Shown here: positions 27,303 through 40,397 of the stretch, in pieces
Position numbering within the stretch: position 1 is the first letter of the stretch
How the letters are laid out: every line of letters begins with the position of its first letter
Origin: Octopus vulgaris
Taxonomy: Eukaryota
Length of the DNA stretch: 64,000 nt
Assembly: GCA_951406725.2 (NCBI GenBank)
Contig: OX597831.1
Location: 46,314,001-46,378,000, forward strand
Direction: 5' to 3'
The notes under the pieces: generated by a model
Seen by the model: the letters and a program-made list of their open reading frames with translations, nothing else
Databases searched by the model: none
Told to the model about the DNA's origin: nothing
Translations under genes and position numbers: made by a program

Positions 27303-27427
27303 CCGACGGATTTTCGTAGGTCTTCATGCAGGCCTTCCGCATCAGCCGTCTTTGATGTTTTTCAACTATAATACAACTGGGCATAATTTTCTATGCAGCT
27401 TCGTTCAGGGTCTTTCAACCAGCCAAG
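27303..27427 (-). other. Candidate upstream exon of GPCR copy 1
   Basis: AG/GTAAGT flanks; ATG at 27384 gives 27 codons + 1 nt, matching the phase of the acceptor at 19360. Confidence 0.4.
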
Positions 27428-28140
27428 CTGGAAACAAGTGTAGGTTTTTTTAACCATAAAAATATACTGTATGACATTCTAAAATAAAAGGAAATAAGTT
27501 TTGACGATGTACCAGTTTCCATATTTTCTGCTGTTATAATTATTGCTAATATACACTCCAGATGATATTGCCATCCAGTGAAGCGAACACGGAGTTTTCA
27601 AAGTGAGTGACAACACCTAGTAGTCATGGACGTTAAATACGAATCGATGCGGCTAGCCGTAAACTAGAAGATAACTGAGAGCGGCCACGGTATCCGCTCA
27701 GAAAATATTTTCCTCTACACTCACTGACTCACTGACTCACTGACTCACTGACTCACTCACTCACTCACTCATTCTCTCTCTCTCTTTCACACACACACAC
27801 ACACACACACAGTTATATTCTTTTCTTTTAAATTCCTTTTTCTTGTTTCAGTCAGTTGACTGCAGCCATGCTGGAGCACCGCCTTTAGTCGAAGAAATCG
27901 ACTCCAGGACTTATTTAGTGACTCGCAGTGGGACTGAACCCGGAATCGTGTTGCTGGGAAGCAAGCTTCTTACCATACAGCCTTTTGATTAGGTTCATGT
28001 AGTTATGTAGTCTGAAAACGCTTTATTTGTTTAAACATAATATTTAGATATTCAAAAAACATTGTCTTTTATGGCGAATCCTGTTTGCAATTGCTTAAAA
28101 GCAATATAAAACACCTGTGAATGATCATAAAATGTTCAAT

Positions 28141-28284
28141 TCAAGGAGTTCTGATATTTTGTCATTCTCATAACTGGAAAATTTTGCGAAATGAAGTCAG
28201 CAATTCATTACAAAACTGTCGACTGAAAAGTCCGTAACTAAGAGCAGAGCTGAGATGAAAAGAATAGGTTAATAACACTTGGAT
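28141..28284 (-). pseudogene. GPCR TM7/C-tail relic, unit 2
   Basis: Copy of 9979-10122. Confidence 0.85.
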
Positions 28285-29853
28285 ATGTCGTATGAGGCTA
28301 CGAAGGCATTGTTTTGATTAATTGAGAAAGTTATTTCTTGTATTTTCAGGAGCGCGGGAAACCCACAAGGAAGCGGGTGCATCATTCCCAGTAAATACTA
28401 GGGACAAGGCCGCAGTTGCCACCCTTGTACCACTGAGGAATTTAACACCAAATCATCAACAGCGAACATTTGGACATCAAGAAAGAAACATTTCATTGCA
28501 CGTGCAAGTAACTTAAATTACAAAGTGCCAAGAATGACGCCTTGACCTCTATCCCATCTATTTAACCTAGGCAAATTCATGATGTAACTGGAAAATTGCG
28601 GATGTGGACAATTTAAATAGGAGACATATACTCATTGGATTTCTAAACTGCATACTTATGTGCAACTTATACATAGCATATATACAAGATACCAGTTATA
28701 TTGCGAAATGTATTTTATGGACTAATACACGCTCACTACTTGTGAAAGCATAATAAATTATACGATACTCAAGTACTTATATCTACAAAATGCGGTGTGT
28801 GCTACATGTTGCATTCAATAGTATACGTTTCAATATTTTTGTATTTTCATATTTCGGTACGCGTGAATATTCACGTATTATGCATTTAATCAATACTGAA
28901 AGCTAATTATCCCAACATAGCAAGGCTAACGCAAAGGAAATCAGGAAGACAGAAATCACTAAATGAGATGATGCCCCAAATGTGTTTATCTACTAATTTT
29001 GAAGTCTCGTATAAGCTCGTGTATGCACATGTATTCGCATCCAAAATTGACGCGTTTACCAACATCCTAAAAGCAATGTTTGACATGATACCATTGAAGG
29101 CAGTGTTATTCCACAGATAAATTTTTTCTCTCCGTTGTTGAAAATTTTGTATGCATTCAAAATTATTCAAAATTTATCATTTGGTTATAATATTTTTCTT
29201 GATAACCCTAAATTTTATCTTTATACAACATAACAATATTGTTTAAATTAATCTCCTATCGTACCCCATGACAAAATTTCCTCTGTTTTATCATTATTGG
29301 TTTTATTAGCGTCTTGCCCTTTTAACTGGTAATTAACATCTTGTTTTGAGATCTTACACTAGCCAACCTCATTATAGCCAGTTACTTTATACTACTTCAA
29401 AATAATCTTGACAAGTTTTATGACTATACCCACTATGTTCTGTCAACTCTTTCCTGCCTTTTCCTAATAGACACAATTCTCTAGTTTTAGATTTGATAAA
29501 CAAGACTAATAAATTAAAACTGAACCAAAATCAGTGACACGCTATGACCCAAACAATTTTTTTTTCCTGATGTCTTCTTACTCTATTAGAGTATTTAAGC
29601 AAAATTATATTAATATGTCCGACTGATTAAAAAATTCTATTTATTTATTTATGCAGCTGAGAGTAGCCCTGCATTTAAAATGATGTAATGATTGCATTGT
29701 TCAATTAAAAGGAGCCGCTTGAAACGGTCGTACTGCATCAGCTCTGGATATCCTGTTGCTTTTTTGATTTCATTCACTTATTTTGAGGTTGTACGGATAG
29801 TACCGCACTAATGTTTGGTGCTTCAGCTTAAGTACCTAATTCATCTGAATCTC

Positions 29854-29926
<73 letters not shown>

Positions 29927-29927
<1 letters not shown>

Positions 29928-31210
29928 GAGGGACGTTCAATAAGTAATGCCTCTGACCCACTTGCAGTTGTTTGATCTAGCTGCAATTTTGCATGTGCAA
30001 TTAGTCTCTATAGAGTAAGTGGCAAATTACAGCTCTGAATTAATTGTGGTTTCTGATTTACAGGTGTTTGAACCGAGTCAAGTGTGAAATGGAGCCTGTT
30101 GAGTGTCGAGCAGTGATCCGGTTTTTGTATTTGAAAGGACGCACACCACGGGAGACTTTTGATGAAATGAAAGTAACTTATGGTGATGATGCCCCATCAT
30201 ATGACCTTGTAAAACGCTGGCATCGTGAATTCAAACATGGTCGGAACTCTGTGGAAACAGCTCCCAGAGCTGGTCGCCCCCTTCTGCCATTGATGAGGCA
30301 TCTGTCCGTCAAGTTGAGGCTGCCATTTTGGAAGATCGACGCATAGTTATTCGCCAAATAGCCCATGAGGTCAAGATTAGTACCGGGTCTGTGGAAACTA
30401 TCATTCATGACCATTTGCATATGCAAAAGGTGTCTGCCAGATGGATTCCCAGGTTGCTCACGCCTTTCCAGAAGCAAGAACGCGTCAAGTGCTCGAGGGT
30501 GAATTTGGAGATGTGCCAAGAAGATGAGTCAAAATTTTTCAAAAGACTGATTACACAGAATGAAACCTGGGTCCATCACGATGATCCAGAGACCAAATCC
30601 CAGTCAATGCAGTGGAAGCACCGTGACTCACCCCTCCAAAGAAGGCAAGGGTGCAGCCCTCCGCTGGCAAGGTCATGCTCACAGTCTTCTGGGACCAGGA
30701 CGGAGTAGTGATGACAGATTTCCTGGCAAAGGGTACCACAATTGCAGGAGCCTATTATGCTTCACTTTTGAGGAAATTAAGAGAAGTTATCAAAATCAAG
30801 AGGCGGGGCAAGATCAGCAAAGGAATCCTCCTCCTGCAGGACAACGCTCCGGTCCACAACTCGCTTGTCGCCAGATTAGTAGCACAGGCGTATGGCTATG
30901 AACTCCTCCCCATCCCCCCTACTTTCCTGACCTTGCACCCTCTGATTTTCACCTCTTCCCAATATGAAGTTGTTTTTGAAAGGAAAGCGTTTCCCAGATG
31001 ATGCAGCCTTGATTTCTGAAGTGACGTTGAGGTTGGAGGACCAAGCTGGGTTCTTCTACAAAAACGGTCTCCAGAGCCGCATCAAACGATGGGAGAAATG
31101 CGTAACTCTGGGTGGTTCCTATGTAGAAAAAGACTAATAACTGTGCCAAGTTTCGTTGCTCTACTCTTATGGGAAGTGGATCAGGGGCATTACTTATAGA
31201 ACGCCCCTCG
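29927..31210 (+). mobile_element. Mariner transposon, defective (duplicated with the unit)
   Basis: Same TIRs, same site and shared inactivating lesions as 11789-13074. Confidence 0.95.
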
Positions 31211-31217
31211 TATGTCC

Positions 31218-31267
<50 letters not shown>

Positions 31268-32018
31268 GTTTTTGTTTTTGTTTTTTTTATTGTATTTTTG
31301 TATTTATATTCGTGTAACATCATCTGCTTTTCCGTCCTTGTTTCGTATGCATTGGATGCTTTTTTCCGTGGAATCTAATGCTTTTAGCTTAGTGTTTCCT
31401 TGGGGCTGGCAAGATTGCCGCAATTTCAAGACTAATCAGCCGAAATTGCGAGTATGATCCGGTTCTTGACTGAAGATAAAAGGCTTCGAATGACCCGTCC
31501 GTGTTTTTTTTGTATCGTCTATCTAGATGTTTTGTTGTCCTTTTTTGTATCACCTAGTTGTCCGGATGTTTTGCGTTCTTGTCCAATTTTGTATTTTATT
31601 TGATATATATATATAGCGGGGTACTTACACTTTGTTCTCTTATATGTAAGTACACATTTCACTAAATTTTGTACGACTTTTTCAACACTCTCTCCCCCTC
31701 TCTCTCACATTTCTTTGCCTTTCTGACTCACTCTGCACTTCGCTATGTCCCTGTCTCTCTCTTTTTTTCTCGCCACTCCTTGATTCTTCCGTCTATCTAC
31801 CTCTACACACTCTCTCTCTGTCATCTCCCCCTCCTTAATTCCTTTGTTTCTCTTTTCCTCTCTTTTCTCTTCTCACGTGACCGTTGGCCGACTGCTAGCC
31901 CTTTTTGAGTCTGACATCGGTCACATCGACATCCTTCCCTCTGCCGTAAGGCTTCATTAGTACACACACAAGCTGAATTCAATTCGTCCCCAGTCGAGAG
32001 ACGCCTGTTGTTATGTCC

Positions 32019-32084
<66 letters not shown>

Positions 32085-32101
32085 TATTATTATTATTATT
32101 A

Positions 32102-34170
<2,069 letters not shown>

Positions 34171-34638
34171 CTTTTTTTTTCATTTTTCAAATTTGCTTCC
34201 ATTTCTTGCCGAGTGTCTTCCCGACTCCTAGGGCAAAGAAACTCATAGTATACATTGGTAGGCCAGTAAACCAAACTCAATAGTTCGTTCATTTTTTAAA
34301 TTTTTTTTTAAAGTTAAATTAAAATACATGAACAGCAACAGTTCTCACATCGACAATGCTCTTCTCAATACGTGTGATGTACCAGTTAAGGCAATCTTTT
34401 GCACTTCTTGCAGGGATGGTAAGCCAGGGATCATTCTCATATAATTTTCGGTTCCCTTCTTGATCATTCCTAGTGCTCCTACGATCACTGGTATTGTAAC
34501 CGCCTTGAGGTGCCACATTTTCTCAATTTCAATGAGTAAGTCTTTATATTTTCTGAGCTTGTCAAACTCTTTCGCTGAGATATTATGATCACAGGGGATG
34601 CTCATGTCGATCAATAAGCAAACTTTATTGTTTTGGTC

Positions 34639-34686
<48 letters not shown>

Positions 34687-35317
34687 ATCATTGCTTTTGC
34701 ATAGCTTCTATCGCTAAAGATGTTTTACATTGGCAGCTGTTCACTACCTGTGAACTAAAGTAACAAATTTTATATAATTTTCGAGAAACTTTGGGAGTAT
34801 TCGAGCGATTACAAGCAGTGCTGTTTCCTGCAAGTGTTCCACCCTTATTGCAGCCCCTATTTGTTCCATGTACTTCTCGAGATTTTTACTCACTGTTCCC
34901 AGGGCTCCGACAATTACTGGTACCACTACCACCTTTTTCATCGACCATAACTGCTTTACCTGCCAAGCTTTTCTTTCTTCCTTACCGCATACCTTGTCGT
35001 CAGCTGGGCGTGCTATATCTATGATCCAGCATAGTTTGCTTTCTTTCTCAAGTAAGACTATGGCTGGCTTCCTATTTTCTATCTCATGGTCGCATTGAAT
35101 CATAAAATCCCACAGGATCTTTGCAGAACGATATTTTTGTAGATATCAAAAATGACTTCAAAATGGCGTCGTTTTCGTCTCCGAGTCAAGAAGAGAGGAG
35201 AGAGGAAGATGTTTTGAGGATGAAATCATCTTTGATAGCCAACGTTTTTGAAACAATTTTGCAGACTTTATTAAAAGTATTAGTAGCAGTATCAGTAGTA
35301 ATAACAGCAGCAGCAGC

Positions 35318-35390
<73 letters not shown>

Positions 35391-35392
35391 GC

Positions 35393-35427
<35 letters not shown>

Positions 35428-37587
35428 GAACAACAACAACAACAACAACAACATCAACAACACCGATAGGCGCAGCAAGAACAAATGATAGGCCAGACAC
35501 AGAAGCTCACAAAATCACCAGCAGTATCAGCAGCAATAGAAGCATCGGCACCATCGGTAGCAACATTCTGGGCGGGACTCTGGGCTCCAATGTGGTTCAA
35601 TGGCTTGTTCGTTCCAGAGGACTTTCCAACGCGGGACCCATAAACCTTTTACCTTTTACTGGATGAAGGGCATTGCCATTTCGAGATAAACTCTACAAGC
35701 ATGGAAGTGCCACGTAACCGGGCCTGGCGAAGCTGCACGTCGAGACACGAAACTATTCTGTATGCATTTGTCCAGTGCCTGAGCATTGCTGACTCTTGGG
35801 TTTAAGTTGAACACTTGTTCCATGTAGGACGAATCCGGCTGTGAAGCAAGTCAATAGTGGGAATCGACGATCTACCTTTCTTTGACAAAAAAGGGCAGTT
35901 CATTTTTCTCTTGCCGGTCTATATAGCAAAAGAAGTGGTGTGGCTTGCTCCTGTGGACGGGTATTTTCCTCTCAAACCCAGATGGAATCTTTACTTCAAA
36001 GTCTGTGGTCCCGACGGGAAAGCCTGCGAGGTTTGAAAAGTATGTAAATAAACTGTATTTAATAAAATAAAAGTGGTATCGAGCCTTTTAAACTTACCAG
36101 AAGAAGGAATAATTTATATACATGTTTGTTCCTTCAAGAGCCATGCCTGGCTCATAAGGGTCGGTTTCCCGGTTTCATTGGCGTATAGGTTCCCCACCTG
36201 GACGGGACGCCGGTCCGTCGCAGGTGAGCTGCAAGATGCAGGAGAAAAGGGTGAGAGAAAGTTGTGGTGAAAGAGTCAGCAGAAGCTCACCATTACCTTC
36301 TACCGGAGCCGCGTGGTGCTTAGCTGTTTCGCTCATAAACGGTCTGAGATTCGAACCGGCGATCCCTCGACCGCGAGTCCGCTGCTCTGACCACTAGGCC
36401 ATGTGCCTCCACAATTTATATACATGCATACTATAATTTGTCATGTCGTTAAAAAAGAGGCAGCGGCAAAGAATCTTTACTAATAATATTTTAGTGGAGA
36501 ACCACTGATCGAGATAATTGCCTTTGTTCAGCGTCGGAGAGGCAGGAAAGAGCAGTTCTTGAATAAATTCCACCTTTCTCTCTATTTCTCAGAGACGACA
36601 TTCCGAGAGCCATTCAACCATTTAATATTGTTGTCTTCACTTGTGATACTCCTCCCATCCTTCCTTCCTTCTTTCCTTCCTTCCTTGCTAGCTTAATTCC
36701 AACCCCTCTTTCCACATTTCTCCCTGCATCCCACTTTGCATTCTTATTCTTCAAACAATAATTTTCGGTCTTCCAACTGGATACGCAAACTCATTCAAGG
36801 GAGATAACTCCACGTGCTTGTATTATGAGTTACAAATCGTGCATAATTTATCTTTCTTGTACGTAAGATTTTCCTTTTGTTTTTATTTACTTTCCCGAGA
36901 TACTCTTCGTGCGAATCTACCACAGCAGTAAGACTTGATTCCTGTGAGTGTTTTAAACTAAAGTACATAGCATGCTCATTTGATGAGTGTAAGCTCAGAA
37001 TTATATATATATATTCGTCCTGTCGAAAAGACGCTTGTCTGTGACGTCCTGTTTTTGTTGCTATTATTATTATCATTATTGTTTTTACGTATTTTTGTAT
37101 TCTTATTCGTGCTATCACAAATATCACAATATTCGTGCGATATTGAAAGCTAATTACCCCAACATTGCAAGGCCAACTCAAGAGAAATTTGATCGAAAGA
37201 AATAATTAAATGTGATGATGCCCTAATGTGTGTATCTACTAATTTTGAAGTCTCGTGTAAGCACACACAGTTCCATCTGAAATGGACGCGATTACCAGCA
37301 TCCTAAAAGGCAGAGCTTGAAAAATCGCCTTTGAGAAGATACTATTGAAACAATGTTACTTCACAAATAAATTATATATATGTACATTCAGACACACAGT
37401 ACTCACCAAAGAGCTTTTAATTAGTTCAGTGTAGTTACATACTCTGATAGTTTTATTTATTTTAATATAACGCTTAAATGTTTAGGTAAAATTATTTTAC
37501 ATGGTGAATATTTGAAACTGGGAAGAACTTGCCGTGTTCATTTCGAGTGGTATGTTTCATTTGCGGATAAGCTATAAGGTGACGAAT

Positions 37588-38670
37588 TCAATGAGTTTCG
37601 ATATTTTGTTTTTTACATAGCTGGAAAATGTTGTGAAATAAAGCAAGTAATTCATTACGAAACTGCCGATTGAAAACTCCGTAGATATACGGGTTAAGAG
37701 CAGAGCTGAGATAAGAAGAATAGAATAAAAACTTGTGAATCACTAGATCTTTATCACTTGCAACGTAATCAAAATCTTCAACAAACAACCTCCAGTATAC
37801 TCCAATGAAATGTGGTATGTAACTGATAATCCAGATCAAGGTGATAACGAAGAGTATTAAACTAGCCCAAAGTGGTGGCACTGGTTGCTTTCTAAGACGC
37901 GCAAAAGCGGTAGAACTAATATCTGTAGACTGACCTTCAGGTTTGGAAATGTTAGGAGTTGTGAAGGCTTCACGAAACTGATTTGCTTTATTTTTCTTCG
38001 CTTTGTAAATTTTCCAAATGCGCATTCCAATTAATATGTATATAATGAAAAGAATGATAAACATACAACAGCAAACGGTTGATCCAGTAGTGTAATAAGC
38101 AAAAAAATTTATTGTGCCATTTATATCAGGAGAATATGCACAAACTCCTCCAATATCGCCACATTGTTCCACCATTTTGTGTTGTGTGCCGGATACAAAA
38201 ATTGATGGTGCAGACAAAATGAACGCGATGATTGTTAAACATGCTAAAATTGTTTTTGAATTCTTAACGGAAATACTTTGCTTAAGAGGTCGACATATGA
38301 GAATGTATCTATCGACTGCTATAACAAACACAATTAAAGCTGAATTGATTATTGCTGCAGCTATCACACCACGTATCACACGACATGCAACATCACTGTG
38401 AAACGTATAGGGAAAACGTAGAACTACAATGTCCATAGGTATACATATTATGCAAGTTAGAAAATCACACACCGAGAGTGCTACAATGAACATATGCATG
38501 GCTGTCTCATCAAATTTATAATAGTATATGTATGATACAAAGCAATTTCCAATTGCTCCAAGTGCCATTGAAATTCCGAGATACGTTATCACTGGAAAAT
38601 AAACATCCACCATTTTAGTATTTAGTTCTAAAATACTAACGCAAATGTTGACACTGTTGTTTTGCTCCAT
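37588..38670 (-). CDS. Class A GPCR, copy 2, 360 aa
   Basis: Intact ORF; 14 aa differences from copy 1; same motifs; AATAAA ~130 nt past the stop (forward TTTATT ~37452). Confidence 0.95.
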   Translation of the reverse strand: MEQNNSVNICVSILELNTKMVDVYFPVITYLGISMALGAIGNCFVSYIYYYKFDETAMHMFIVALSVCDFLTCIICIPMDIVVLRFPYTFHSDVACRVIRGVIAAAIINSALIVFVIAVDRYILICRPLKQSISVKNSKTILACLTIIAFILSAPSIFVSGTQHKMVEQCGDIGGVCAYSPDINGTINFFAYYTTGSTVCCCMFIILFIIYILIGMRIWKIYKAKKNKANQFREAFTTPNISKPEGQSTDISSTAFARLRKQPVPPLWASLILFVITLIWIISYIPHFIGVYWRLFVEDFDYVASDKDLVIHKFLFYSSYLSSALNPYIYGVFNRQFRNELLALFHNIFQLCKKQNIETH

Positions 38671-38819
38671 TTTCTTAATATTGTTTGAAACTTTGAGGAA
38701 AGTGTTATGATTTGCGATTGTAGACCTCGTACTTCCTGGAAAGACAAAGAAAAGTTGTTTGTAAACAGTTTATTCCAACAGACTTTATGAAATATTCTGC
38801 TTTACATCGAGAGTTAAGT

Positions 38820-40050
38820 TAAAAGATTTTACAGTTCTATATTTAAGAGATGTGGAATTATGTACATTATTTACATGTGACGGATATCAGTCAAGATAGC
38901 ATAAGAAAACATTAGATTTATAAGCCCTAAAATTCACTCCATAATTACCCGCGGACATATGGCGTAGTTAACACAACGTTTCGGCTGATATACCATGCAG
39001 CCTTCATCAGGTGTCTTGGGGAAATTTTGATGTTATTATTATTATTCAGGTCACTGTCCGAACTCGGAATCTTGGGGTTAGTAGCCCGCACTCTTATCCA
39101 CTACGCCATATGACTGTGGGCAATTATGGAGTGAATTTTAGGGCTTCTAAATCTAATATTTTCTTATGCTATTCATATCTGCACTCTGTCTGCTTAGGAG
39201 ATAGTTGTGTCCTAGCATATGTGCTGCTTCGTATTTTCCAGATGTGTTCTCTGTCTATCATTTTAACTTCATCCCACAGGGGTAGGTGGTCTCCATTTTT
39301 CCATACATGATCAGCTATACCCGAGTTATCAATATCTCCTCGTGTCACAGCTTTGCTATGTTTCTCTATCCCTACTTTGAAGGAGCGGCATGTATCGCCC
39401 TTGTATAATCTACCACAGCTGCATGGGATGGAGTACACGCAATCTTTGGTCATATTCTCTTCTGTTGAGTGTTTTTCTCGAAGGAGATATTTGCGAAGTG
39501 TTGTATTACTCTTGAATACTGTCCTGACGTCATATGGGCTACATATCTTTTGTATCTTTTCGGAGAGGTCTTTCACATAGGGTAGACAGACTGTGAACAG
39601 TTTATTGGTTTCATTCTCTCTTTTCATAACTGGAGTGGATAATATGTTTTTGGGGTAGTTGTTACTTAATAGATTGTTATTGAGCTTGATAATTTCTTCG
39701 TGGTGTATACGGACGTCCTGAATCCATACTTGGAAAGTTAGATGGTTTGAAAGACGAGCTAGTTTTTGTTGAAGTGTCCCTGTGTCTCCATTGAAATGTA
39801 ATGTCGGCTCAGTTCTACATTTTAGAAATAAGGAATTATGTACATTATTTACATTATTTACTTTTGACGGGTATTTGTTGTTAACATAACGTTTCGGCTG
39901 GTTGGATTTTAGGGCTTGTAAATCTAATATGTTCCTATCCTTCCTTAAAACCGATGAAGACTGGAGGGTATATCAGCCGAAACGTTACGTTAACAACATA
40001 CAAGAAGAGGAGAAATATCCGACAAATGTAAATAATGTAAATAATGTCAA
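38820..40050 (-). mobile_element. Penelope-like element (GIY-YIG, pLTR with tRNA-like head and hammerhead)
   Basis: ORF 39169-39627 GIY-YIG; ~73 bp inverted repeat 38896-38968 / 39100-39172. Confidence 0.88.
38971..39014 (-). ncRNA. Minimal type I hammerhead ribozyme
   Basis: ACAC-CUGAUGA-A-GGCUG-(10 nt)-CAGCC-GAAA-CGU-U-GUGU. Intact core, stem I ACAC/GUGU, stem II GGCUG/CAGCC and palindromic minimal stem III (ACGU), as described for PLE hammerheads. Confidence 0.8.
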
Positions 40051-40397
40051 CAAAGATTTGTACAAAAACAAGAAATACATTTATCAAATATTAATTACGC
40101 ATGATATTTATGAACAAATATTTGTGGATATACACTGTGAAATTGCTAAATTTTCGATATCAATCATATATTGGGAAGAGCTAGTAAATAAGCCATATAA
40201 GTATGTGCTTCTGTGTATGAGTGTGCTCGTTGTTAATGGTTGAATCCGAAGCACATTAAGCTGTAAATAATAGAATTATGGTTAAAAATACCATTTGGAA
40301 GGATGAATTCTATTGTTGGGTCTCGAACCTACACGTGTTGCAAATATGATAGACGTTCTGCCATTGGACCAAAATAATCTTTCAAATTTCTCCATCC

